This document shows, piece by piece, positions 29,336-39,193 of a stretch of DNA of 64,000 nt (its first letter is position 1; the number at the start of each line of letters is the position of its first letter). This DNA comes from Microcystaceae cyanobacterium (GTDB lineage: Bacteria; Cyanobacteriota; Cyanobacteriia; Cyanobacteriales; Microcystaceae), in assembly GCA_041746575.1 (NCBI GenBank), contig JBGTGT010000073.1, forward strand, positions 1 through 64,000, given 5' to 3'. A model generated the notes under the pieces. It ran no database searches and had not been told where the DNA came from. It worked only from the letters and a program-made list of their open reading frames with translations. The position numbers and the translations under genes were made by a program.

Positions 29336-30526
29336 ATGATAAGAACTATACGCCGTTATGCTTATTCTTTTGGGATTTTAGGCTGTATTTTAGGGTTGAG
29401 CATAATTATCCCTTCTTTTAATAACCCGGTTGCTCAAACATCAATTTTACAACCTGTTTCTTTGATTCCTGCCCATAATAATCTGGGCGTAGATGAACAA
29501 CTCTGGAAAAGGGAAGATAATATCGGCGATCGCTGGATAATGATTAAAGGAATTGATTATAGCTTAAGATATCTTAATACACCGAGTGCCATCAAAGCCT
29601 ATCGTCATTATCCCGTGTCGGGTATCACCAGAGAACGGGTTCAGCGATCGCTGTTACGGTTTCGTCATCTTTTAAAAACAACCCATACCCCCCAAGAATT
29701 ACAAACAGCCATTCAACAAGAATTTATCCTCTATCGGTCTATTGGCAACGATAATCAAGGAACTGTGCATTTTACGGGCTATTTTGAACCTGTTTATCCA
29801 GCAAGTCCCGTTAAAACGGCTGAATTTCCTTATCCTTTATATCGCAAACCAGCCAATTTTGAGCGTTGGTCGAAACCGCACCCCAGCCGAAAAGTCCTAG
29901 AAGGGGAAAATGGACAATTAAGCGGCAATAGTCCGCTTTCAGGCTCTGAATTAGTGTGGATGCGTGACCGTTTAGATGCTTACTTAGTCCAAGTTCAAGG
30001 ATCAGCAAAATTAAACCTCACCAATGGCAAAACCATGACGATTGGTTATGATGGCAGTACCGATTACCCTTATGTGAGTTTGGGCAAGGAATTGATTAAA
30101 GATGGGGTCTTTCAGGAAAATGAGTTGAGTTTACCCGTTTTAATTGCTTATTTCAAGCAAAATCCTGCTGAATTAGACAAATATATACCCAGAAATAACC
30201 GTTTCATTTTCTTTCGTGCCACAAACGGCGCACCCGCCACAGGGAGTATTGGTATTCCCGTCACGGCTGAACGTTCCATTGCTACTGACAAATCCATTAT
30301 GCCACCGGGAGCTTTAGCCCTCATTCAAACCTCAATCCCTTATCAGAAGAACGGACAAATAGAAATCCGAAAAGTCAGTCGTTATGTTTTAGATCAAGAT
30401 ACCGGAAGTGCGATTAAAGGAGCAGGAAGAGTGGATATTTTTATGGGAACGGGCAAAGAAGCCGGTGATCGCGCTGGTTTAATTAGTCATACGGGTCAAC
30501 TCTACTATTTATTATTAAAAGAATAA
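29336..30526 (+). CDS. mltA: Membrane-bound lytic murein transglycosylase A
   Basis: FTGYFEP, QVQGS, SIATD, DQDTGSAIKGAGRVDIFMG (3D motif). Confidence 0.93.
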   Translation: MIRTIRRYAYSFGILGCILGLSIIIPSFNNPVAQTSILQPVSLIPAHNNLGVDEQLWKREDNIGDRWIMIKGIDYSLRYLNTPSAIKAYRHYPVSGITRERVQRSLLRFRHLLKTTHTPQELQTAIQQEFILYRSIGNDNQGTVHFTGYFEPVYPASPVKTAEFPYPLYRKPANFERWSKPHPSRKVLEGENGQLSGNSPLSGSELVWMRDRLDAYLVQVQGSAKLNLTNGKTMTIGYDGSTDYPYVSLGKELIKDGVFQENELSLPVLIAYFKQNPAELDKYIPRNNRFIFFRATNGAPATGSIGIPVTAERSIATDKSIMPPGALALIQTSIPYQKNGQIEIRKVSRYVLDQDTGSAIKGAGRVDIFMGTGKEAGDRAGLISHTGQLYYLLLKE

Positions 30527-30596
30527 ATGGCTAAAAGTCAACCTTCCGCTATAATGTTGGGCAATTAACGCTTAACTTTCTTATTGATTAATAACT

Positions 30597-31595
30597 GTGT
30601 CTGATCATCAATCCACGATTCTGGTAACAGGTGGAGCTGGCTATATCGGTTCTCATACGGTTCAAGCCCTCCAAAAAAGCGGTTATTCTGTCATTATTCT
30701 CGACAATTTAGTTTATGGTCACCAAGATATCGTTGAAAATGTCCTAAATGTTCCCTTAATCGTGGGAGATATTAATGATCGTCCCTTACTGGATGAAATT
30801 TTTGCTACCTATTCGATTGCGGCAGTGATGCACTTTTCGGCCTATATTTTTGTCGGTGAATCCGTCACTGATCCGATTAAATATTACCGCAATAATGTGG
30901 TGAGTACCTTGACCCTTTTAGAGGCAATGGTTGCCGCCTCGATTCCTCACTTTGTCTTTTCCTCCACTTGTGCCACCTATGGTTTACCGCAATGGATTCC
31001 TTTAACTGAAGATCATCCTCAACAGCCCATTAATCCCTACGGTTGGACAAAATTGATGGTAGAACAGATTTTAAAAGACTTTGGTCGAGCTTATGGCTTA
31101 AAATCCGTTATTTTCCGTTATTTTAATGCTTCTGGTGCGTCACCTGACGGATTATTGGGGGAAGATCACAATCCAGAAACCCACTTAATTCCTCTTGTCT
31201 TACAAACTGCATTGGCTAAACGAGACGCTATTGCCATTTACGGTACGGATTATGATACCCCCGACGGAACGTGTATTCGTGACTATATCCATGTAGTGGA
31301 TTTAGCTCAAGCCCATATTTTAGGCTTAGAATACCTGCTCAAAGGAGGAGATAGTAATGATTTTAATTTGGGCAACGGTAATGGCTTTTCGGTCAAAGAA
31401 GTGATTGAAATGGCGAAAATTGTCACAGGGCAAGATATTCCCGTTAAAATCAGCGATCGCCGTGCTGGAGATCCGCCTTCTTTAGTAGGAAGTAGCGAAA
31501 AAGCCCGAAAAATCCTCGGTTGGCAACCCCAATATGCAGATATTAAGGATACAATATCCCATGCGTGGCAATGGCATCAAAAACGGCATGGTTGA
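30597..31595 (+). CDS. galE: UDP-glucose 4-epimerase
   Basis: TGGAGYIGSH, FSSTCATYG, PYGWTK, RYFNA, DGTCIRDYIHV. Confidence 0.96.
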   Translation: MSDHQSTILVTGGAGYIGSHTVQALQKSGYSVIILDNLVYGHQDIVENVLNVPLIVGDINDRPLLDEIFATYSIAAVMHFSAYIFVGESVTDPIKYYRNNVVSTLTLLEAMVAASIPHFVFSSTCATYGLPQWIPLTEDHPQQPINPYGWTKLMVEQILKDFGRAYGLKSVIFRYFNASGASPDGLLGEDHNPETHLIPLVLQTALAKRDAIAIYGTDYDTPDGTCIRDYIHVVDLAQAHILGLEYLLKGGDSNDFNLGNGNGFSVKEVIEMAKIVTGQDIPVKISDRRAGDPPSLVGSSEKARKILGWQPQYADIKDTISHAWQWHQKRHG

Positions 31596-31675
31596 GGTCA
31601 GTTCTCAGAGACGAGGGATGAGGGTAAACAGAAATTCGTTCTTAGAAACCGAGAATCTAACACTCTAAAGAGAGA

Positions 31676-32455
31676 TTAAGCCGCCGCCACCGCTTCCCGT
31701 CCATGAGAGCGAAGTAACTCCATCAATTCATCTCGATAATCGTGGAAAATAGTGTGACGCTTCACCTGATGACTTCTTTCGGGTAAAGTCACCTTGATTT
31801 CCTTGCGAACTGTACCCGGACGCGCCCCAAGGGCATAGATACGATTCGAGAGAAAAACAGCCTCTTCGACATCATGAGTAATCATGAAAATGGTAATATT
31901 CGTTCTTTGCCATAAATCCAGCATAAACTCATGAATAGACTCTTTTGTGTGGATATCTAAGGCACCAAAAGGTTCATCCATGAGTAACACTTTGGGTTCA
32001 GAGGTTAAGGCGCGCGCAATCGCAACTCGCTGTTTCATCCCTCCTGAGAGTTCCTTCGGTAAAGATTTAGCAAAATTAGACAATCCAACCACACTCAAAT
32101 AATGACTCGCTTTTTCTTTGCATTCTCTTGACGAAAGTCCCTGTAATTTTAGCCCAAATTCTGTATTTTCTTGGACATTCATCCAAGGATAAAGAGTATA
32201 ATGTTGAAACACCATCCCTCGGTCAGGACCGGGTCCAAGCACGGGTTTATCGTCAATTTTCACCTCTCCTGATGTAGGAGAATCCAGTCCGGCAATTTGT
32301 CTTAAGAGAGTCGATTTTCCTGAACCGGATGCGCCAACTGCACAGATAAATTCCCCTCGTTCAATAATCATATTAATGTCTTTCAAGACGACGAGTTTGC
32401 CATTTTTGGTGTCGAAATGTTTGTGTAAGCTGTTGATTTGTAAGTACATGGTCAT
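31676..32455 (-). CDS. ABC transporter ATP-binding subunit (NitT/TauT type; guanidine importer)
   Basis: GASGSGKS, LSGGMKQR, MDEPFGALD; last gene of the gdmH operon. Confidence 0.93.
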   Translation of the reverse strand: MTMYLQINSLHKHFDTKNGKLVVLKDINMIIERGEFICAVGASGSGKSTLLRQIAGLDSPTSGEVKIDDKPVLGPGPDRGMVFQHYTLYPWMNVQENTEFGLKLQGLSSRECKEKASHYLSVVGLSNFAKSLPKELSGGMKQRVAIARALTSEPKVLLMDEPFGALDIHTKESIHEFMLDLWQRTNITIFMITHDVEEAVFLSNRIYALGARPGTVRKEIKVTLPERSHQVKRHTIFHDYRDELMELLRSHGREAVAAA

Positions 32456-32528
32456 TGCTCCTTTTTTGAGTGTTAGATTTTTTAGATATTGGAGAAAAGC
32501 ATTAAGTCAGTAATCACGATTAACTAAC

Positions 32529-33374
32529 TTACCGTTTTTGACTGGCCCATTTACAAGTGATACGGAGTAAATATTGGAAAAAGAGGTCAAAAGATAGACC
32601 AATAACGCCAATAACGATTAAACCAACGAAAATCTCATCAGTTCTTAAGAATCGTCCAGCTACACTAATACGACGACCTAACCCTTCATTAGCCGCAATC
32701 AACTCGGAGACAATGACTAATTGCCAAGCGGCGGCGAGATTAATGCGACAAGCGTCAATAATACCGGGTAAAACGTAGGGTAAAATCACCTTTGTCAAAG
32801 TTTGCCAGCGATTTCCCCCTAAAATGTAGGTTGATTCGATTAAATCCTTGGGGACAAATTTAACCGTGTCCATCACCATCAAAGAATTAAAGAAAAATAC
32901 CCCAATGAAAATTAGCATAATTTTCGGTTCTTCCCCAATTCCCAAATAAAGAATCAGTAAGGGAATAAAAGCAGGGGCAGGCATATACCGCATCAGACCG
33001 AATAGGGGTTCTAATAAAGCTCGAATACTAGCAAAACTGCCCATCATGATGCCAACAGGAATCGAAAGCAATACTGCAAAGATAAAGCCAACCCCCACCC
33101 GCCATAAACTGGCAACTGTATCTTTTAATAATTCACGGGTACTCCATAACTGTCCAAACGCTTCTAATACCCGACTGGGAGACGGTAAAAATTTGGGATC
33201 AATATTGCCAAAAGTAGTGACCAACCACCACAATAAGAGGGGAGCGGCGATAGAAGTAATGGTTAAACCAATATAAAGCGGACGGGGGATATCCTCGGCT
33301 AAACGCCAAAAAACAGTTGGTTTTAACTTAGTTGATAGATTAGTTCGTTTAAAAGGGTCTGCGCTTTGTGTCAT
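32529..33374 (-). CDS. ABC transporter permease (guanidine importer)
   Basis: LPSPSRV, EAA-like LIESTYILGG loop, VSELIAA; operon context. Confidence 0.92.
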   Translation of the reverse strand: MTQSADPFKRTNLSTKLKPTVFWRLAEDIPRPLYIGLTITSIAAPLLLWWLVTTFGNIDPKFLPSPSRVLEAFGQLWSTRELLKDTVASLWRVGVGFIFAVLLSIPVGIMMGSFASIRALLEPLFGLMRYMPAPAFIPLLILYLGIGEEPKIMLIFIGVFFFNSLMVMDTVKFVPKDLIESTYILGGNRWQTLTKVILPYVLPGIIDACRINLAAAWQLVIVSELIAANEGLGRRISVAGRFLRTDEIFVGLIVIGVIGLSFDLFFQYLLRITCKWASQKR

Positions 33375-33442
33375 GATGTTTAATGTACGAAATAAAAGAC
33401 ACAGACAGATTGCAAGAAAAATTCACCCGATTGTGCTTAAGT

Positions 33443-34489
33443 TTATGACGATTTTATCTTTTCAGCGTAAGCTTTGACAAAACGGTCATCAAAGAGTTGA
33501 CTCGTATCTGGGACTTGAGGCGTTAACCCCACCGCCACTAGAAATTGCCCTAATTGTTGAGCAGAATAAACCAGAGAAGTTAAATCATTCCCCGGTTCAA
33601 AGGCTTTTAGGTTTTCTTCGAGGGTAAAGAGGCGTGTTCCTTCGGCGTATCCTTGATACTCTTTCTCTGTTACCCCTGCACGTTTTGCCATAATTTTATA
33701 TCCTTTATCTTGATTGGCTTTCAGATAATCGAGGGTGGTAAACCAAGAATCAACCACCGCCTGCACTTTTTCGGGGTTTTGCTCAATATATTGACGAGTA
33801 AAGACCAAATGGTCAGAAATTGCCCCCGGAAAATTTTTAGAGCTAAACAACTCTTTGCTGTTGGGACGTTTTAAGGCTTGGGTAGTAAAAGGAGCAAACA
33901 CTGCTACTGCATCGATTTGACCGGCTACGAAGGCTGAAGCCGCTTTACCTGTCTCTAGTGGCACAAATTGAATATCCTTAGCCGATAATCCTGCTTTTTC
34001 TAAGCCTAAGAGAAGCAAAAAATGGTCAACCGTGCCTTCTTCGGCGGCCACTTTTTTGCCTTTCAAGTCAGCAACAGAATTAATCCCCTCTCGTACAATT
34101 ACCTTATCATTGCCCGTCGAGTTATCATTAACCAGTACAACAACTTGATCGGCTCCTCCCGAAAGAGAACTGACCGTATCTCCCAAGGTTTGACTATTCG
34201 CATCAATTTGTCCGGCAGTTAAGGTGCTAATGGACTCTAGATAACCATCAAACCACTTTAAATCAACAGGGACTTGATTTTGCTCAAAAATTCTCTCTTC
34301 GGCGGCAACTTGCCAAGGAAACCAGCCTGGCCATGCACTAAAGCCTAATTTTACCGCTCCTGCAACCGATGAAGTCGAATCCGTGTCATTCGTGGTTTTA
34401 ATATAGACGGCAGGATTAGTACATCCCACTACTAGGGTGAGGCTAATTACAAAGAGAATCAATGAGGGAATAAGTGATTTTTGTTTCAT
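33443..34489 (-). CDS. ABC substrate-binding lipoprotein (NMT1/SsuA-like; guanidine-binding)
   Basis: Lipobox VVGC, FSAWPGWFPW, DLKGKKVA; operon context with gdmH and the riboswitch. Confidence 0.9.
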   Translation of the reverse strand: MKQKSLIPSLILFVISLTLVVGCTNPAVYIKTTNDTDSTSSVAGAVKLGFSAWPGWFPWQVAAEERIFEQNQVPVDLKWFDGYLESISTLTAGQIDANSQTLGDTVSSLSGGADQVVVLVNDNSTGNDKVIVREGINSVADLKGKKVAAEEGTVDHFLLLLGLEKAGLSAKDIQFVPLETGKAASAFVAGQIDAVAVFAPFTTQALKRPNSKELFSSKNFPGAISDHLVFTRQYIEQNPEKVQAVVDSWFTTLDYLKANQDKGYKIMAKRAGVTEKEYQGYAEGTRLFTLEENLKAFEPGNDLTSLVYSAQQLGQFLVAVGLTPQVPDTSQLFDDRFVKAYAEKIKSS

Positions 34490-34529
34490 AAGATTAACAA
34501 ATGACGATTAATTGATAACTGATAACTGT

Positions 34530-35192
34530 TTACTGAGAACTTACCCACTCGAACCATAAATTCAATCCCTCACCTGTTTTGGCAGAAACGGGAACAATAG
34601 TCACATTAGGGTTCATTTGACGGACATTATCTTTAATTTTTTCAATGTCAACCTCTAAATAAGGGGCAAGGTCAATTTTAGTAATTAACAGACAATCTGC
34701 TTCTTGAAACATAATGGGATATTTAAGGGGTTTATCTTCCCCTTCTGTAATACTTAATAAAGCAACTTTGGCGTGTTCACCCACTTCAAATTCAGCAGGA
34801 CAAACTAAATTTCCCACATTTTCAACAAATACTAAATCAAAATCTTTAGGGTTATATTGATGGGCAAGTTGATGAATTCCTCCTGCCACCATCTTAGAAT
34901 CCAAGTGACAGGAACGACCTGTATTAATAGCAATAACAGGAACGCCATATTGACGCAATCGTTCGGCATCTAATTCGGTAGTCATATCTCCTTCAATGAC
35001 GGCAATTTTAAAGTTTTTGCTTAGGGTTTCAAGACTTTTTTCTAATAAAACTGTTTTCCCTGCCCCCGGACTACTCATAATATTAAAACAAGTGATTCCC
35101 CATTGATCAAAATGTTCTCGATTGTGGTTTGCGCCATCTTGGTTTGCATGGAGAAGATTCATTTCTAAGGCTACGTCAAAAGTTTGGTGCAT
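34530..35192 (-). CDS. hypB: HypB-like GTPase, nickel chaperone for guanidine hydrolase (GhaB)
   Basis: [25 protein letters not shown]; short form without a His-rich N-terminus. Confidence 0.92.
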   Translation of the reverse strand: MHQTFDVALEMNLLHANQDGANHNREHFDQWGITCFNIMSSPGAGKTVLLEKSLETLSKNFKIAVIEGDMTTELDAERLRQYGVPVIAINTGRSCHLDSKMVAGGIHQLAHQYNPKDFDLVFVENVGNLVCPAEFEVGEHAKVALLSITEGEDKPLKYPIMFQEADCLLITKIDLAPYLEVDIEKIKDNVRQMNPNVTIVPVSAKTGEGLNLWFEWVSSQ

Positions 35193-35231
35193 AATTTTAG
35201 TTAATCGTTAATCGTTGATAATTATTAAGAT

Positions 35232-35591
35232 TCAAATCTCACACCTTGAATACTCAATGCGGTCAATTTTCAACTCTCGTCCTGAACGAATCTCTTCCAT
35301 CGGAGAATCACAATTAGGACAAGCATAGCGAAGACCGAGTTCGGGCTTGTATTCTTTGTTACAAACATGGCAGAAGGCAACTAGCGGTGTTTCTTGAATA
35401 ATTAATTTTACTCCTTCTAAAAAAGTATTTTGAGTTTGGACTTCAAAGGCAAATTGTAAACTAGCCGGTTCGACACAGGTAAATTGACCGACAATTAAAT
35501 GAATTTTGTCGATTTGATAAGGTTCTAGTTGAGATTCATACCAATCTTTTACCGTGATTAAAAGGGCTTTGGTCATATCAGTTTCGTGCAT
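35232..35591 (-). CDS. hypA: HypA-like nickel chaperone (GhaA)
   Basis: MHE start at 35591, two CxxC motifs, SGREL. Confidence 0.92.
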   Translation of the reverse strand: MHETDMTKALLITVKDWYESQLEPYQIDKIHLIVGQFTCVEPASLQFAFEVQTQNTFLEGVKLIIQETPLVAFCHVCNKEYKPELGLRYACPNCDSPMEEIRSGRELKIDRIEYSRCEI

Positions 35592-35646
35592 AATCTTGAA
35601 GATTAGTTCATAGATTGAGAATAATAAAAATAGCGAAAAATCAGCC

Positions 35647-36255
35647 TCACATTTTATCGGTAATTTTAATATATCTGGGTTGAGCCTCAACTCGTTTAAA
35701 CCAAGCTTGAATCGCTGGAAAATTTATTAAATCAAATCCTCCTTCCTCGGCAACATGAGTATAAGCATAGAGTCCAATATCAGCAATTGTATAAGTTTTG
35801 CCGACAAAGAAATCTTGTTTTTTGAGATGATTTTCCATAACATTAAGGGCAGCATACCCTAAACTTTGCTTTTGCTTTAAAGCGTCTTGATAATCTTTCG
35901 GTTTACCTAAAAATTTTATCCAAAAACGAGGCGTAGCAATATTCGGTTCATGACTATATTGTTCAAAAAATAGCCACTGCATGACCTGTGCTTGTTCAAA
36001 AGATTCAAGGGGATAATATTGACTGCCTTGACTAAGATAGAACAAAATAGCATTAGATTCAGCCAAATATTGACCTAAAGAAATTTCCAAAACAGGAATA
36101 CGTCCGTTGGGGTTTTTGGTCAAAAATTCGGGTGTTCGGCTTTCTTTTTCAAGAATATTGACCTCAATTCGAGTAAAAGGAATTTGTTGCTGAGTTAACA
36201 ATAACCTTACTTTATACCCGTTGCCAGAAGGAAGAAAATCGTACAGTCGATACAT
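35647..36255 (-). CDS. Glutathione S-transferase family protein
   Basis: SGNGYKVRL, NPNGRIPVL, ESNAIL, QWLFFEQYSHEP, TIADI. Confidence 0.93.
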   Translation of the reverse strand: MYRLYDFLPSGNGYKVRLLLTQQQIPFTRIEVNILEKESRTPEFLTKNPNGRIPVLEISLGQYLAESNAILFYLSQGSQYYPLESFEQAQVMQWLFFEQYSHEPNIATPRFWIKFLGKPKDYQDALKQKQSLGYAALNVMENHLKKQDFFVGKTYTIADIGLYAYTHVAEEGGFDLINFPAIQAWFKRVEAQPRYIKITDKM

Positions 36256-36315
36256 GCGCAGGTACTCAAAATTTATGACACAATTGAGACAGAAAACGGG
36301 AATCTCCCCCCTAAT

Positions 36316-37479
36316 TTAAGTCCAATATTCCTCCAAATCTCGACTGACTTCAGGATGAATATAAGGCGGTTTTTCTTGACGCGGTAGTTGTCCCGATACG
36401 ACTAAATGTGCCATCGTATCACATATTACTCGTGTTGCCATGAGGGCGGTCATATCACTAACATCATAAGGGGGAGAAACTTCCACTACCTCTAAACCGC
36501 AAACAGGCGTATTTTGGACAATTTTCTTGAGTAAATATAATGCTTCACGGGGTAATAATCCCCCAGGCTCTGGCCATCCTGTCCCCGGCACAAATCCTGC
36601 ATCAATGCAATCAATATCAAAGCTAATCCAGACACAATCTGTGCTATCTGTTGCCTTCTCAATCGCAAAATCGGCGGCTGCGTCTAACCCCATTTCCATG
36701 ATATCCGTGACAGTGAGAATATTGGTTGCCCTTTCTCGACAGACTTTAACCCCTTGACGGGGAACTTGCCAACCCCCGATCCCTAGCTGTACCAAGTTCT
36801 GAGCGGGTGCATTTTTGATATTGGTGGCGTGAAACCAAGGACACGTGTGCATTCTTTCGTCCAAGTCTGTTTCTTGGGTATCGACATGACGGTCAAAGTG
36901 AATAATTCCCACCTTCTTATCGCCTAAGTGACGACAAATTCCTCGCACGGTGGGAAAGCCAATGGAATGATCTCCCCCTAAAATAATGGGAAATGCGCCA
37001 GAACTAAAAATATGAGCGATTCCTTTAGAAATTTGGTCAAAGGATTTTTCGTTATTACCCGGAATGGTAAACACATCTCCGACGTCCGCTAAGGTAATCT
37101 GTTCCCGTAAATCTACCCCTAATTCAAAGTTATATGGGGTATAAAGGGCAGAAATGCGCCGAATGCCTTGGGGGCCAAACCGTGTACCGGGGCGATAAGT
37201 TGTGCCAGAATCGTGGGGAACACCGACAATTGCCACATCATATTTCCCGACTTCCCGTACATCTTCAACATAAGGAGCTTTCAAAAAAGTATTTATTCCG
37301 GCATAATGAGGCAGTTCTCCCCGTGAAAAGGTAGAAATCGTGCGATCTTTAATGCTGTCTGCCGCTTCTAAGCCATAGGTTAATCCTTGGTTAACTTCCT
37401 GTTGCCATCCTGTCAAGGGTAAATGGGTTTCTTTTTGTAAGGCTTCCTGTGCTTCGCTACGGGAATTTTGTTCACTCAT
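36316..37479 (-). CDS. gdmH: Ni-dependent guanidine hydrolase (ureohydrolase family)
   Basis: GGDHS, FDRHVD, SFDIDCID, PGTGWPEPGG, TTYRPGTRFGP; next to HypA/HypB-like genes and a guanidine-I riboswitch; ATG 37479 with GGAGA RBS. Confidence 0.92.
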   Translation of the reverse strand: MSEQNSRSEAQEALQKETHLPLTGWQQEVNQGLTYGLEAADSIKDRTISTFSRGELPHYAGINTFLKAPYVEDVREVGKYDVAIVGVPHDSGTTYRPGTRFGPQGIRRISALYTPYNFELGVDLREQITLADVGDVFTIPGNNEKSFDQISKGIAHIFSSGAFPIILGGDHSIGFPTVRGICRHLGDKKVGIIHFDRHVDTQETDLDERMHTCPWFHATNIKNAPAQNLVQLGIGGWQVPRQGVKVCRERATNILTVTDIMEMGLDAAADFAIEKATDSTDCVWISFDIDCIDAGFVPGTGWPEPGGLLPREALYLLKKIVQNTPVCGLEVVEVSPPYDVSDMTALMATRVICDTMAHLVVSGQLPRQEKPPYIHPEVSRDLEEYWT

Positions 37480-37555
37480 TGTTACTATCTCCAAAATTGA
37501 ATTTGAGCTTAAATACGGCAAAACCCAGAAGGTTAACAGTTAATTTAACTGCTAT

Positions 37556-37692
37556 GTCCTCCCGGGTTTTTATCCCGCCGTGTAGCTACCAAATATTTAA
37601 AAAAAAGAGCAATTTATTAAATCGGGTTAGGGTAGCTTGCTTCTCTCGGACCAGTCATTCAATGCTGTTGTGAATCGGAACCCTAGAAGCCT
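37556..37692 (-). ncRNA. Guanidine-I (ykkC-yxkD) riboswitch aptamer
   Basis: Minus strand CTTCTAGGGTTCCG...CTGGTCCGAGAGAAG...AGCTACC/GGTAGCT (P2)...ACACGGCGGGATAAAAACCCGGGAGG. Confidence 0.93.
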
Positions 37693-37713
37693 AAATATTT
37701 AATCACACCCAGT

Positions 37714-37755
37714 AACCTAGCAATTCCCCTCTCAAAAAAAAGTATTAAAAGTTAC
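37714..37755 (-). promoter_or_regulatory. NtcA-activated class II promoter of the guanidine operon
   Basis: GTA-N8-TAC at 37742-37755, a 22-nt spacer, then TAN3T -10 box TAGGTT (37719-37714) on the minus strand. Confidence 0.85.
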
Positions 37756-38001
37756 AAAAAAATGATCTCTTCCCCGTGACAAGCTTAATCTTTCTTCATT
37801 TCTCCGTAACAATACAGAGACTGTCCTTGGGGTGAATTGAAATAATTCAGTAATCTTCCTCAAGTGGAATACTAACCTTCAGAGATAAACTTAATCATCC
37901 TTTAAAGCAAATCTTCACAGGAATTTCATAATAGGTTCATGTAGATGTCATCTGATGAAATTACCTTGTTTACATAATCTAATCAATTTCGGATTAAAAC
38001 C

Positions 38002-38208
38002 ATGAATCGTTCTATGCTGATCGCTCAATTCTTTCAATTCCTTCGTCAAGAACTGTTATTGCCGGAAGAATCCTTAAATTTGATCAAAAAACATTCCAAT
38101 TATCCCGAATGCAATCTACCGATGCTATTGTGGCAATATGGCCTGATCAGTTTAGCTGAACTCGATTCTATCTTTGATTGGTTAGAACAGAAATCTTTAC
38201 TCATTTAA
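38002..38208 (+). CDS. DUF2949 family small protein
   Basis: FLRQEL...LPMLLWQYGLISLAELDSIFDWLE. Confidence 0.88.
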   Translation: MNRSMLIAQFFQFLRQELLLPEESLNLIKKHSNYPECNLPMLLWQYGLISLAELDSIFDWLEQKSLLI

Positions 38209-38417
38209 TCTGAGAATTTTGTTCTCTTTAGCTGATATTACCAATTCCCGTTTAAGACTGATCTTAAATGTCATTTCAAAAAGCGACTTTGTTTATTCTT
38301 TCTTTTGCCTCTTGCCTGTCCTAATAAGTTGTTTATGATGCTAATAGAATTTAGGAAGATAGCTAACGGCTGATGCCTTACTGCTATAGTTGAAAAAAGA
38401 GCAATCACCGCAACATT

Positions 38418-39098
38418 ATGATGGATATTGAAAATTATGAATTAGAAAAAGAGCAGAATGGTCGAGGAAAAACCTCTCTTTTGACAAATTTAAAAGATAT
38501 TAAAGCAAATATTCTTCATTTAAAACATCAAGATTTAAGTTACGCTGAATTAGCAAATATCAACCTGAGTCAAATTAATTTAAGTTATTTCCGCTTAATG
38601 GGTGCAAATTTGATCGGTTCTGACCTTAGATGGGCAAATTTAGCCTATGCTGACCTCAGTAAAGCAAATTTAATTGGGACATCTCTCCGGCAAGCCAATT
38701 TATATCGGGCAGATTTACATTTAGCGAATCTCTCTCGCAGTCATCTCAGTGAGGCTAATTTACGGGAATCCCATTTATGTGAAACCGATTTAAGTCAAGC
38801 CACCCTTTATGAAGCAGAGGCACAGGGAGCTTATTTATATAAAGCATCCCTTTTTAAAAGCAACCTTATGAATGCTCACTTTTATGGTTGTTATTTACTA
38901 GGGGCAGATTTACGGGAAACCCAGTGTCAATATACGGATTTTCGTTGGGCAAATTTAAGTAAAGCAGATTTTAGAGGGGCAAATCTTTATCAAACTCGCT
39001 TAAAGTGCGCAAATTTAAGCCAAGCGGATTTCAGGGGCGTAAATTTAGACAATGTAGATTTAGACGGCGTGGATTTAAGTGTTGCTTTATTAAAGTAA
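38418..39098 (+). CDS. Pentapeptide repeat protein
   Basis: Continuous A(D/N)Lxx repeats. Confidence 0.92.
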   Translation: MMDIENYELEKEQNGRGKTSLLTNLKDIKANILHLKHQDLSYAELANINLSQINLSYFRLMGANLIGSDLRWANLAYADLSKANLIGTSLRQANLYRADLHLANLSRSHLSEANLRESHLCETDLSQATLYEAEAQGAYLYKASLFKSNLMNAHFYGCYLLGADLRETQCQYTDFRWANLSKADFRGANLYQTRLKCANLSQADFRGVNLDNVDLDGVDLSVALLK

Positions 39099-39193
39099 CT
39101 CCTAAGTCGGTAATGGTTTTATAACGAAGGGACATGCTATGCGATCGCTGAATACGCAATCTCGAACGCTCACCGATAACGTCTGAACATTAT

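Noticed and set aside
34530..35591. Hydrogenase maturation locus
   Set aside because: No hox, hup or hypCDEF genes; the context with gdmH and the riboswitch indicates guanidine hydrolase chaperones
35592..35690. 33-aa N-terminal extension of HypA in the ORF track
   Set aside because: Overlaps the GST 3' end; HypA proteins begin with the Ni-binding MHE at 35591
36316..37479. Agmatinase speB
   Set aside because: The DRHxD and PGTGWP variants, Ni chaperones and guanidine-I riboswitch fit GdmH better
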